Source: an uncultured Enterobacteriaceae bacterium (GTDB taxonomy: Bacteria > Pseudomonadota > Gammaproteobacteria > Burkholderiales > SG8-39). From it: a stretch of 64,000 bases of DNA. Below, piece after piece: positions 1 through 9,796 of the stretch. The stretch covers positions 158 to 64,157 of the forward strand of contig CAZMGP010000028.1 in assembly GCA_964565875.1 (NCBI GenBank), in the 5' to 3' direction. The translations under genes were made by a program, and so were the position numbers. Numbering within the stretch: the first letter of the stretch is position 1; each line of letters begins with the position of its first letter. The notes below the pieces were generated by a model, which saw only the letters and a program-made list of their open reading frames with translations, searched no databases and was not told where the DNA came from.

Positions 1-407
1 TACGCTCAATACGCGATGATTATTGTCAATTACGCCGTAGCTCATTCTGGAGGCCCGCCAGTTTGAAATTGGTTGAAATCCAGATTCAATCCGGTACCCA
101 GAATTGCGACTCCCCGGAATCATTCGGGTCGCACGTCCCCTAATTCGGCAAGATTGGCAATCCGGACGCCATCCGGATAGGTCAACTGGACCGTTTTGCG
201 GTTTATTACATTGACCTTCCGAGAAGTTCTGTCGACATTCGCCTTCAACCCGTTACCCAACCGAGCTGTGTTCCAGGAATAAAGGGCTCGAATTTGTTGA
301 CCCAAGTCAGAAGGGTATTTGGATTTCCATGGCGCACGGCGCATTAGTGATCGAACGTCCGCACAATCTCGTCACTCCGGAGAACCGTGCCGAGCAATAG
401 TGCGTAT

Positions 408-1295
408 CTATTCATCTAGTCCCAGACCAAGCCTTCGCGCAAGCGCGACGATTGACTCCGCACGTCTTACAAAGGGCGGGTCGATCATCTTGCCATCGAC
501 CATCCACGCGCCAAATCCCTTGGCCTGTGCTGCGCGCGCGCCTTCCAGTACGCGCAGCGCGTGCACGATTTCCTCCTCGCCCGGCCGAAATGCAGCGTTG
601 ATAACCGCGACCTGGCTCGGATGGATCGCTGACTTGCCAAGATAGCCAAGACTGCGCGCGGACTCAGCCTCACGCTTGAGCGCAGCACTATCCTTGACGT
701 TGGCGAAAGCTGTATCGTAGGCAAATACGCCGGCTTCCCCTGCCGCAAGCCGCATTCCGACCTGAAAATGCAGGATTACCGGAAGATTGTAGCGATCGAT
801 GCCCAGTGGTTCGAGCATGTCGGCCAACCCCAATTGCAAACCCACAATTCGCTGATCAGCGCGCGCGATCTCCAACGCAGAGCGAAATGCTCTTGGCGTT
901 TCGATATTGGCGAGGACTCCGATTGGCTTTGTAATTCCTTTTGCCCGCTCCACTTGGTCGATGCGCTCGCTTGCCCTGCGAACATCCTCGGCCGATTCCG
1001 TCATTGGCAGATTGATGAGATCGAGGCCGAAGCCTACGATCGCCTGCAAGTCGAAGTCGAAGTGCTCGCTGTCAACAGCGTTGACGCGCACGATGATGGT
1101 TTTCTCATTGTTCGCGGGCAGCGCAGACAGAAACTCTTTGACCGCAATTCTCGCCTCGGACTTACGGTTTGTGTCGACGGCGTCCTGAAGATCAATAGAG
1201 AGCGCATCGGCGTCGCTCGCCAGCGCCTTGGCGAAAAGTTCTGGCCGCGATCCAGGAACGAACAGCTTACTTCGCATGATGGGAAATCTTTGCAT
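408..1295 (-). CDS. CitE-like CoA-ester lyase (HpcH/HpaI family; citramalyl-/malyl-CoA lyase-like)
   Basis: RSKLFVPGSRPELFAKA, NIETP, LGLADM, GYLGKSAIHPSQV and VDGKMIDPP motifs typical of the CitE family. Confidence 0.9.
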   Translation of the reverse strand: MQRFPIMRSKLFVPGSRPELFAKALASDADALSIDLQDAVDTNRKSEARIAVKEFLSALPANNEKTIIVRVNAVDSEHFDFDLQAIVGFGLDLINLPMTESAEDVRRASERIDQVERAKGITKPIGVLANIETPRAFRSALEIARADQRIVGLQLGLADMLEPLGIDRYNLPVILHFQVGMRLAAGEAGVFAYDTAFANVKDSAALKREAESARSLGYLGKSAIHPSQVAVINAAFRPGEEEIVHALRVLEGARAAQAKGFGAWMVDGKMIDPPFVRRAESIVALARRLGLGLDE

Positions 1296-1447
1296 ACAGT
1301 GATCTCCTCAGATTCAATACTGCGCAAATTGGCGCTGCATAACTCTTGGTATTCAGAGCGAACGAATTCTTGGCCGCGCTCAGGGAAGTGCGCCGGTGTT
1401 GCGCACAGATGACATAGGGTTGCAAGCCAGCCGGTACCGCGTAACGC

Positions 1448-2782
1448 TCATCGCCTCACTAACGCAGAAAAGCGCGCGTACTGTCCCGGACGTTCGAACG
1501 TTCTAAGGATTTCAAACAGTTCGGACGTTCTGTCCTTCATCGATGGTTCGACCAACGGGAAGAATTTCTGGCGCAAATCCTCCCAGCTCATTGGATTGCC
1601 GGGATTGCCCTTTGTGAGCGGAGTATGCGTCTCGACTTGGGTTCCATCGGCAAATTTGATGCGCAATGTGGCTGCGGTTTTCGCCATGTCAACGTCCGGC
1701 ACCAGAGTCACGAGGCGCGCTAAGCCGCATACAAGTTTGTCTTTCAACCGCAAAGCGGAAAAATCATGTTCGGATACCGCATGACCGGCAAGTCCGAGCG
1801 CAACACAGAATGAAGTGCTGAATTTCCCTTCGAGAGGCGTCTGAGGGTTCGCCCTGCCGGCGAGCTGGACCGCGAGCGGGTTGACGCGAGCCTCGATCGC
1901 GACTACTTGCTTTCCGCGCAATGCATCCGCGAGACTTTGCGCGGCGTCGATTGCGGCATGCGTGAGCAGGCAGCATGCGTAGGGTTTGAACGTATTGCGC
2001 GTCACCTCCCATCCGCTATCGAGTCTGAACTTCTGGATCATGTCGCTTTGATCCTGAACCAGCGTGGTTGCCAACCCGCCGCCAGGCTCGAGCAGATCTT
2101 CGGCTGATCCAAAGCCCGCCGCTGATAGCTGCGCCGCGAACAATCCATTAAAGGCAGCCTTCCCGGCGTGGAGCGGCTTTGCCATAGTGCCAAATGAAGC
2201 GGTAAGGCCTGAAACCTGCGTTGCTGCGGCACCCAGCGCACGCGCGATCCCGGCCTGATTCAGACCAAGTATTGCACTCGAGCCTGCAGCGGCCGCAAGG
2301 CAGCCAAAGATTCCTGTCGAATGCCAGCCGTGGTGATCGACGGTAACGCCGAAACCGGCACCGCCAAGACGGGCGCCGACTTCGTATCCGGCGACGAACG
2401 CCTTCAGCATTTCCATTTCGGTGGCGCTGGATTCCGCTCCCGATGCAAGCACTGCTGCCCACGTGGGTCCGCTTAGATGAGCGACAGAATCCACATGGGT
2501 ATCGTCAAAGTCGAGGCAGTGTGCGAGGGTCCCGTTTATAAGCGCCGCTGCAGCCGGTGCCATACTCGCGCCGAGGAGAGCTTGCGCCTTTCCGCTCGCC
2601 CTCCATGCAGATACAGCTTTTCTCACGGCTTTGCCGGCGGGTTCCTTATGCGCACCAAGCGCGACCCCACACCAATCGACGAGACACATTTTCGCGGCAG
2701 TAGCTACCTCTTCGGGAAGAACCCTATCCGGCATGGAAGCTACAAACTGCGCGGCGGCACTGCCGTTGACGGGATTCGTCAT
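1448..2782 (-). CDS. MmgE/PrpD family protein
   Basis: NGTLAHCLDFDDTH, GWHSTG, AKPLHAG, FKPYACC and KGNPGNPMS motifs; start moved to ATG 2782 to avoid overlap with the upstream gene. Confidence 0.92.
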   Translation of the reverse strand: MTNPVNGSAAAQFVASMPDRVLPEEVATAAKMCLVDWCGVALGAHKEPAGKAVRKAVSAWRASGKAQALLGASMAPAAAALINGTLAHCLDFDDTHVDSVAHLSGPTWAAVLASGAESSATEMEMLKAFVAGYEVGARLGGAGFGVTVDHHGWHSTGIFGCLAAAAGSSAILGLNQAGIARALGAAATQVSGLTASFGTMAKPLHAGKAAFNGLFAAQLSAAGFGSAEDLLEPGGGLATTLVQDQSDMIQKFRLDSGWEVTRNTFKPYACCLLTHAAIDAAQSLADALRGKQVVAIEARVNPLAVQLAGRANPQTPLEGKFSTSFCVALGLAGHAVSEHDFSALRLKDKLVCGLARLVTLVPDVDMAKTAATLRIKFADGTQVETHTPLTKGNPGNPMSWEDLRQKFFPLVEPSMKDRTSELFEILRTFERPGQYARFSALVRR

Positions 2783-2795
2783 GACGTTGTCACCG

Positions 2796-4061
2796 CTATC
2801 CCAAAGCGCCCGACTGCCGCAAGTGTTGTCTGTCCGGCGCGGAATATCCGACCTCTTCAAGGATGTCATCCGTATCTTGGCCCAAGGCGGGCGCAGGTCG
2901 ACGCCGCGTATCCGCAAGCCCGGCGCGAGCTAGTGGGTTCCCGAGTTGTACAATCGCACCCTCAGACGGGTGCTCGATCGACTCAACCAAGCCGCGTTCC
3001 ATTACGTTCTGCGATACGACTGCCTCTTCTGGACTGAGCACCGGACATATCGGTATGTCCGCAGCCTGCATTTCGCGGGAGATCTGATCGCGGGTACGGG
3101 CCGAACAATAACCCGCAATCGCTCCGCGGTAGTCCTCCGCGCGCTCGCCGTGATCGGAATGCCGGTGCTCGGGGCCTTCGTCATCGGAAACGAGTTCTGG
3201 ACGGCCGATGAACTCACAGAAAGTCTTCCAAAGTCTGGTTTCCAGCAAGCTTACGGCAACTGATTTGGCATCGGCGGTACGGTACACAGCGTAGCGTGGA
3301 TTTGCACCCCACACCTGCATTCTGGACGGATCGCTGCTGCCGGCAGCCTGGGCCAGCGCCCCCGTTAAAACGATATTGCACATACTGAATAGGCCATCGA
3401 ACATGGCGAGGTCGATATAACAACCGAGCTTGGACTGGCGTCGGGAAATGATCGCTGCGAGAATTCCGATGCAGGCATAGCTTGCGCCCGCGTAATCTGC
3501 GGCTTGAAAACCGGGCACATGACTCCCGGTACCGTCACCGCCGTCTGCGTTCATCAGACCCGTACCCGATTGCAGCACTAAGTCGTGCCCCGGAGAGTTA
3601 GCAAGTGGACCGTCTTGTCCGAAGCCGGTGATGGAACAGTAGATAATGCGCGCGTTGAGGCGCTTCACGGACGGGTAATCGAGGCCGAGTCTTTTGGCCA
3701 CGCCGACGCTGAACGATTCGACGATCACATCAGCACGCTCGATAAGACGATTCATGACCTCCTTGCCGGAGGCGCTGCGCAAATCGAGCACAATACTGCG
3801 CTTGTTGCGATTTACGGTATTGAAATAGACGCTCGAGTCGCGATTGCGCGGCGAATTATGGCGACTTGGATCGCCTCCCCCGGGTGCCTCTATCTTGATC
3901 ACATCGGCGCCGAAATCGCCAAGCATCTGCGTGCACCATGGCCCCGGAAGCAAGCGGCTGAAATCAAGCACTCGGACGCCGCTCAGCGGCAACTGCCTCG
4001 CGCTCAACAGATTCTCGGTGGTCGATTCGGCGTGCATGCCGCCCTGCATTTGTGTTTGCAC
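2796..4061 (-). CDS. Family III CoA-transferase (CaiB/BaiF)
   Basis: LSGVRVLDFSRLLPGP, GADVIKIE, NRNKRS, YCSITGFGQDGP, GHD motifs; catalytic Asp in QAADYAG. Confidence 0.92.
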   Translation of the reverse strand: MQTQMQGGMHAESTTENLLSARQLPLSGVRVLDFSRLLPGPWCTQMLGDFGADVIKIEAPGGGDPSRHNSPRNRDSSVYFNTVNRNKRSIVLDLRSASGKEVMNRLIERADVIVESFSVGVAKRLGLDYPSVKRLNARIIYCSITGFGQDGPLANSPGHDLVLQSGTGLMNADGGDGTGSHVPGFQAADYAGASYACIGILAAIISRRQSKLGCYIDLAMFDGLFSMCNIVLTGALAQAAGSSDPSRMQVWGANPRYAVYRTADAKSVAVSLLETRLWKTFCEFIGRPELVSDDEGPEHRHSDHGERAEDYRGAIAGYCSARTRDQISREMQAADIPICPVLSPEEAVVSQNVMERGLVESIEHPSEGAIVQLGNPLARAGLADTRRRPAPALGQDTDDILEEVGYSAPDRQHLRQSGALG

Positions 4062-4064
4062 TGG

Positions 4065-4847
4065 TTATCTACCCTTGAATGACGCCGGGCGCTTCTCCAG
4101 AAACGCCGAGATGCCTTCCTTGCGATCACCGGTGCCGTAGATGGTGGAGACCAGAAAAGTCTCAAATTCCAGCGCTGACCCGAGGTCCATCTGCATCCCG
4201 CCATAGACGGCACGTTTGACCCACGCCAGACTCAGTGGCGCACGCTGAGCATAGGTCTTCGCCAGTGTTTTGGCTTCTGCCAAGGCTTGACCTTTTGCGA
4301 CCAGGCAGTTGACGAGGCCAATACGGTATGCTTCGGCCGCATCGATAGGGTTTCCGGAAAACATGATTTGGAGCGCTCTGGACGGTCCGACCAGACGCGG
4401 CAGACGCTGCGTGCCGCCTGCCCCAGCGACAGTACCGATCTTGCAGCTTGTGATGGCGAAACTCGCGCCTTCGCCGGCTATGCGCAGGTCGCAGGCCATT
4501 GCAAGCTCCGCGCCCCCTGTCATGCAAAAGCCTTCGATTGCCGCGATCACCGGCTTGGCCAGCTTTTCGAGCGTATCGTTGAGACGATGCCAGCACTTGA
4601 AATACTCGACGCCTTCGGCCGGTGAACTGATCGCCAAAGCATCGTTCAGGTCGGCCCCAGCGCAGAAATATTCCGCATTGCCGGTGATGATAAGCGCGCG
4701 GGTCGTTGCGTCCGCTTCGGCTTCCTTTGCCGCAGCGATGATCTCATCCATCGCTTTGAGACTGACCGCATTGCGCCGCTCGGGGCAGTTGAGACGTACA
4801 ACTCTGGACGGACCGTCCATGTCTACTTCGATAGTCTCGAAACTCAC
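4065..4847 (-). CDS. Enoyl-CoA hydratase/isomerase
   Basis: FCAGADL, KPVIAAIEG, GGAELAMACDLRIA, GGTQRLPRLVG motifs. Confidence 0.92.
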   Translation of the reverse strand: MSFETIEVDMDGPSRVVRLNCPERRNAVSLKAMDEIIAAAKEAEADATTRALIITGNAEYFCAGADLNDALAISSPAEGVEYFKCWHRLNDTLEKLAKPVIAAIEGFCMTGGAELAMACDLRIAGEGASFAITSCKIGTVAGAGGTQRLPRLVGPSRALQIMFSGNPIDAAEAYRIGLVNCLVAKGQALAEAKTLAKTYAQRAPLSLAWVKRAVYGGMQMDLGSALEFETFLVSTIYGTGDRKEGISAFLEKRPASFKGR

Positions 4848-4922
4848 GATGTCGCCTTCGAAAAATGCACCATGTCTAGTCTCCTATGATGAAATAACAA
4901 AACTTGCGCGGTCTCGAGATAT

Positions 4923-6434
4923 TCACACCGGTCTCTTACCAAGGTAGGTCTCGATTACTCTTGGATCCCTCACGACTTCCGCCGGCAATCCTTCATGCAA
5001 TTTTTCGCCAAAATTTAGCACCAGTACGTGCTCGGACAGTTCCAAGATCACGTGGACTAGATGCTCGATCATGACAATTGTGGTTCCGGCGGCGTGAACA
5101 TTCCTAAGCACCTGGACCAGTTCCTCGATCTCGGTATTTGTGGAGCCCGCCATAACCTCGTCGAGCAGCAGTACGTTCGGGTTCGTGGCAAGAGCCCGTG
5201 CAAGCTCCAGTTTCTTTCGTTCACCCAAACTCAGCGTGCTTGCCTGGTCATCCGATTTCGCGCCCAGTCCGACAAGCTCCAGCGGCCGCAGCGCTGCTTC
5301 TCGTGCCTCGCGCACGGACAATCGTTTTTCGCGCGAAAACAGGGCGCCGGTCATGACGTTTTCGGCCACGGTCATCTCCTGGAACGGACGCACCACCTGA
5401 AAGGTGCGCCCAATGCCAAGTCGGCAAATCTCGTACGGCTTGCGGCCGTCTATGCGCTCGCCATTCAGGACTATTTCCCCCGAAGTCGGGGCAAAGTAGC
5501 CGGTAATAAGGTTGAGCAGCGTGGTCTTACCAGCACCGTTGGGCCCAATCACGCCCATGAACTGACCGCGTTTTACCGAGAATGAAAGGTCCGTTGTCGC
5601 CTGCAGTCCACCGAAGCGCTTGTTCAGGCCCCTGACTTCCAACGCGCTGACGCCCCCATCGAACCGCGCAACCGCGGCAACAGCCCCCTGGCCCGCCCGC
5701 GCGCCACCGTCACTTGCCCCGTAGAAGAAAGCTTCTTGCACTGCAGCGGTGTTGGAGAGTTCCGAACTCGATCCAGCCACGGTGACATGGCCCTTGGAGA
5801 TAACGTAGCCTCGCGTAGCGACCCCAAAAGCCGCATGCGCATTTTGCTCGACCACCAAAACGCTGATACCTGAGGCCACGATCCGCCCGATTGCCGCGAA
5901 TACCGTTTCGACGATTACCGGCGCTAGTCCAAGCGAGGGCTCGTCAAGAAGCAATAGTTCAGGGCGCCCCATAAGTGCGCGGCCGATCGCCAGCATCTGC
6001 TGTTCGCCGCCGGACAGCGATCCCGCGAACTGCTTTCGGCGCTCGGCAAGACGCGGAAATAGCTCGTAGGCCATCTCAAAGCTCCGCTTACGGTCGCGTC
6101 GCGATCGCCGCGAGGTGGCGCCAAGAAACAGATTGTCTTCGATCGAAAGATACGGAAATACCTGTCGCCCCTCGGGCGCAAGGCATATTCCGGCGTCAAC
6201 ACGCTCGTGTGCGGGTACAGCGAGTAGATCAATATTCTGGAAGGCAATCTCTCCAGAAACCGGCTTAAGCAACCCGGTAATCACTCGCATGACCGTTGTC
6301 TTTCCAGCCCCATTGGGACCGAGCAAGGTAACAACCTCTCCCCGATCTACGCGAAAACTGAGCTTTTCGAGGACTGACGAATCGCCGTACCCAGCGCATA
6401 TATCACGCAGTTCGAGCAGTGGCGACGCACTCAT
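4923..6434 (-). CDS. Fused dual ABC ATPase, LivF-like N-terminal domain plus LivG-like C-terminal domain
   Basis: Two Walker A motifs GPNGAGKTT; N-half has PEGRQVF, LSGGEQQM, LLLDEPSLGLAP (LivF); C-half has KRFGGLQA, GIGRTFQ, LELARALA (LivG). Confidence 0.9.
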   Translation of the reverse strand: MSASPLLELRDICAGYGDSSVLEKLSFRVDRGEVVTLLGPNGAGKTTVMRVITGLLKPVSGEIAFQNIDLLAVPAHERVDAGICLAPEGRQVFPYLSIEDNLFLGATSRRSRRDRKRSFEMAYELFPRLAERRKQFAGSLSGGEQQMLAIGRALMGRPELLLLDEPSLGLAPVIVETVFAAIGRIVASGISVLVVEQNAHAAFGVATRGYVISKGHVTVAGSSSELSNTAAVQEAFFYGASDGGARAGQGAVAAVARFDGGVSALEVRGLNKRFGGLQATTDLSFSVKRGQFMGVIGPNGAGKTTLLNLITGYFAPTSGEIVLNGERIDGRKPYEICRLGIGRTFQVVRPFQEMTVAENVMTGALFSREKRLSVREAREAALRPLELVGLGAKSDDQASTLSLGERKKLELARALATNPNVLLLDEVMAGSTNTEIEELVQVLRNVHAAGTTIVMIEHLVHVILELSEHVLVLNFGEKLHEGLPAEVVRDPRVIETYLGKRPV

Positions 6435-7387
6435 TGTTTGTCCCCCTTCGTGCGTCGCCTGCTGCGCTCTCGCAGGTCCCTGTATGCACCCCAGATCCCT
6501 CGCGGCATGAACATTATAAAAATGACTAACGTAACGCCGTAGACGAGCAGGCTAAAGCCTTTGGCACCGAGCCATATTCGGGCACCTTCGGAGAGAAACA
6601 CCGTGGCGATTGATCCGATTATCGGTCCCGCGAGGGTATGAATTCCCCCGAGGATGGGAGCAATCTGTGCCAAGATCGTAATATGCAAATCGAACGCGAT
6701 ATTCGGGTCGAGGAATCCCGTGTACCAAGTGCTGACCCCACCGGCCAAGGATGCCAGGGAGCCGGCCAGTGCAAGCACACCAACCCGGAAGCGCAATGGA
6801 TTGACACCAAGCATTTGCGCCGCGGACTCGTTCGCCCGCATCGCCCGGCAGGCGTACTGATATGGCCTACGCGCGAGCGCCCAGGAGATCGCGACTGCAC
6901 CGATAGCGCAGCAAACCATCAGCACGGTAACGACATAGTTTTCCGGGCGCAGTGCCTGTTTCAGGTACAGTCCCTCGCCACCGCCTGTCACACTAGGCAG
7001 CATGATTGCGATCACCCTGAGACCTTCGGACAAAGCCAAGGTTGCAATGGCGAAAAAAATGCCCTGCAACCTTCCGGTAATCACGGCCAAGGCAGCGCCA
7101 AGAAAACCGCCAACCAAGGCTGCCGCAAGAGCAGAGGCCAGAATCGGCATGCCAAACTTGTTCGCAGTTAACACCGCGGCGTAGCTGCCCACACCCCAGA
7201 ACGCCGAGTGGCCGAGAGAAATCAATCCGGCGTTGGCAGCCAAATTCCAGCTTACCGCGATAACAATCAGTTTGGCGGCACCAATGAGCCAGTCGTTGAC
7301 TACCGGGGTTGCCACAAACGGAAGGGCAATGCATAGCGCCGAGATGACAACCGCGGCAACGAGCGGGACGATCTTTAGAGGCATCAT
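6431..7387 (-). CDS. Branched-chain amino acid-type ABC permease (LivM-like)
   Basis: GLISLGHSAFWGVGSY, FFAIATLAL, ILGGIHTLAGPIIG motifs; hydrophobic; 4-nt overlap with the ATPase. Confidence 0.9.
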   Translation of the reverse strand: MMPLKIVPLVAAVVISALCIALPFVATPVVNDWLIGAAKLIVIAVSWNLAANAGLISLGHSAFWGVGSYAAVLTANKFGMPILASALAAALVGGFLGAALAVITGRLQGIFFAIATLALSEGLRVIAIMLPSVTGGGEGLYLKQALRPENYVVTVLMVCCAIGAVAISWALARRPYQYACRAMRANESAAQMLGVNPLRFRVGVLALAGSLASLAGGVSTWYTGFLDPNIAFDLHITILAQIAPILGGIHTLAGPIIGSIATVFLSEGARIWLGAKGFSLLVYGVTLVIFIMFMPRGIWGAYRDLRERSRRRTKGDKQ

Positions 7388-7402
7388 ACGGCCATTTGAG
7401 GA

Positions 7403-8284
7403 CTATTCGTTCGCTTGGCCGAGGATGCCGCTTGGCCGTATGATCAGAACGACGAGCAGCACCGCCATTGCGACACCTTCGGCCCATCCTCCACCTTCGG
7501 GAACGAAGTATGCGACCCCCGTCTCAGCAAAAGCGAGCATGAACGCAGCCCAAAACGTTCCACCGATGCTGCCTAGCCCTCCCAACACGACAATCGCAAA
7601 ACCTTTGACCAGCATGTGGAACCCCATGAATGGGGAAACGGTCAGTAGGAAACTGACCATCCCGCCGCTGGCTGCGCCGAGCGCGGCACTGAGCATAAAG
7701 GACAAGGCGTACACGCTGACGACGTTGATTCCCATAAGCGTTGCCGCATCTCTGCCCTGCGCGACAGCCTGCGTCGCCCGCCCGAGTTCAGATCGCCTGA
7801 GCCACATTACCAGTGAGCCGGCAAGAATAAGAGATACCAAGAACGCGATCAGCCTGCCATGGGCAATCGTCAGCCCCCACAACTCGGTAGCGGAAAGAGA
7901 ATAGCTAGTCTGCACCGAACGATCATCGCCGGTCATGATGAGCGCAACAACGTTCTGCAAAATCAAACCGACGGCAAATAGCAGAAGAATTTGATTGGTA
8001 TGCGGTGCTTCAAGCACGCGCTCTAGGCAAAGCTTGAATATCACGAAAGCGATGGCCGCCACCGCCAGCGCAACCAGCGGAAGCGCCAGCAGTGGGTCGA
8101 TGTGCGCATGGATCGCCAGAAGATATGAACCATATGCTCCGAGCATGATGAATTCACCATGCGCGAAATTGATAATTCTGGTGACACCGTACGCGAGAGA
8201 CAAGCCTACTGCCATCAGACAGTACAGTCCGCCCAAAAATACGGCGTCAACGAGAAACTGGGGAAACAGATCCATGCCGGGCAA
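7403..8284 (-). CDS. Branched-chain amino acid-type ABC permease (LivH-like)
   Basis: GLSLAYGVTRIINFAHGEFIMLGAY and VVLGGLGS motifs. Confidence 0.92.
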   Translation of the reverse strand: MPGMDLFPQFLVDAVFLGGLYCLMAVGLSLAYGVTRIINFAHGEFIMLGAYGSYLLAIHAHIDPLLALPLVALAVAAIAFVIFKLCLERVLEAPHTNQILLLFAVGLILQNVVALIMTGDDRSVQTSYSLSATELWGLTIAHGRLIAFLVSLILAGSLVMWLRRSELGRATQAVAQGRDAATLMGINVVSVYALSFMLSAALGAASGGMVSFLLTVSPFMGFHMLVKGFAIVVLGGLGSIGGTFWAAFMLAFAETGVAYFVPEGGGWAEGVAMAVLLVVLIIRPSGILGQANE

Positions 8285-8289
8285 GCCGT

Positions 8290-9501
8290 CTAATTAATCG
8301 GTTTTAGCGTGCCGTTGGCGAACTTCTTCGGATAAACAATTGCAAACTGCGTGCCCTGACGCTGGTACACGAGCATCTCACCGAATGCCTGATTGAGCGC
8401 CCCGCCTTTGGTCTTGACGAACTTGCCATCACCCAGCATGGTCTGAACCCCAAGGTTGCGAAGTTCGTTGGCCACTTTCTGCTTGTCGGGAGTCCCTGCG
8501 CGTTCAATCGCGAGAAACAACATAGCCGCCGACGTATAGACGGTTACGTCGAGAAACTCCGCATTGCGGTTGTAGCGCTTCTTAAATGCGGCCTCCCAAT
8601 CCTTGCTTGACGGAAAGAGTTTTGGATACTTGGGATCGGCGGGAGCCTGCATGCCCGGGAGGTAGCTGTTGGCGGCGATCCAGCCGTCTGCAGCCTCACC
8701 GACGGCGTCGGCCCATTCCTGCAGTTGCGGAAATGCGGTTCCTACCAGGAAGGGTATGCTTAGCTTGGCTATGCGGATCTGCTTTGCCAGCACGATGGCG
8801 TCGGTGGTTTGTAGTATTGCTACCAGCACATCCGGTTTGGTGAGTCGGATCTTTTGCAGCGCCGGGCTCATGTCATTTGAGTTCTCCCGTACCAGTTCGG
8901 TGGCAACCACCTGAAATCCTGCCTCGGTATAGTAGTCCTTCGCTGGCTGCAGTTGCGAACGGCCGTAGCTCCCATCTGAATAGAGGATTGCGACCTTCTT
9001 TCCTTTGCCGACCACCGCAGCGATCGCCTTGGCCGTGCCTTCATGATAGTGATAGGCCCAGGGGTAGGTGTGAAATACCAGTTCTTCGCCGGCGATTGCT
9101 TCTTCGAACGCGGTAGACGAAGACCCAGGCACGATCCACAGGGCTTTCTTCTGACGCCAAGAAGGCACCGCGGCGGAAACGAATCCAGAAGCAATCGGAC
9201 CGACGACAAAATCCACTTTGTCGTTCTGCAATAGTTCGGTCATCACCGAGACTGTTCCTTGATTTGTGCTCTGGACGTCTTTGAGCAGCACTTCAATCTT
9301 ATAACCGGCCACCGTGCCGCCGTAAGCATCCAATGCCATTTCAAAGCCACGCTGGCCTTGAGCTCCATAAGCCACGAATTTTCCGCTTAGCTCGTACGGG
9401 GCGCCGATTTTGATTACCTTCTGCGCCCATGCAGACATGCTCGCACTCAACGACAATGCGCCCAGCAAAGCCACCGTAATTACTCGCCGCGTTGATTTCA
9501 T
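8290..9501 (-). CDS. ABC substrate-binding protein (Leu/Ile/Val-binding family)
   Basis: Signal peptide MKSTRRVITVALLGALSLSASMSAWA, IKIG motif; GGAGGAG RBS before ATG 9501; heads the liv-type operon. Confidence 0.88.
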   Translation of the reverse strand: MKSTRRVITVALLGALSLSASMSAWAQKVIKIGAPYELSGKFVAYGAQGQRGFEMALDAYGGTVAGYKIEVLLKDVQSTNQGTVSVMTELLQNDKVDFVVGPIASGFVSAAVPSWRQKKALWIVPGSSSTAFEEAIAGEELVFHTYPWAYHYHEGTAKAIAAVVGKGKKVAILYSDGSYGRSQLQPAKDYYTEAGFQVVATELVRENSNDMSPALQKIRLTKPDVLVAILQTTDAIVLAKQIRIAKLSIPFLVGTAFPQLQEWADAVGEAADGWIAANSYLPGMQAPADPKYPKLFPSSKDWEAAFKKRYNRNAEFLDVTVYTSAAMLFLAIERAGTPDKQKVANELRNLGVQTMLGDGKFVKTKGGALNQAFGEMLVYQRQGTQFAIVYPKKFANGTLKPIN

Positions 9502-9796
9502 ATAGTTCTCCTCCAAAAAGTGTATGGCCGCCATGTTATCCGGCGGTACATCTACAACAACGAATACCGGGCGCGATAAGTTGCGGACGGAAGACGTCCG
9601 CAAGGCTGTTCGATCCCGCTCGAACCAAGTCTGCTTGTGTGATCCTCGGTTTTATCTTCCATTCTCTTGTTGTATCCAAGGCGTGCCACCGAGTGGAATG
9701 CTAAAGGCTCACAGAGATCATGGGCGCGCAGCCTGTCCACGGCGTTGGCGCCCGACTCGCAACTGCTCCTCAGTCTGACCCGCAAGCGGCAAAAGG

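Noticed and set aside
120-344. 74-aa ORF at the window start
   Set aside because: No recognisable motif or clear RBS; may be a fragment.
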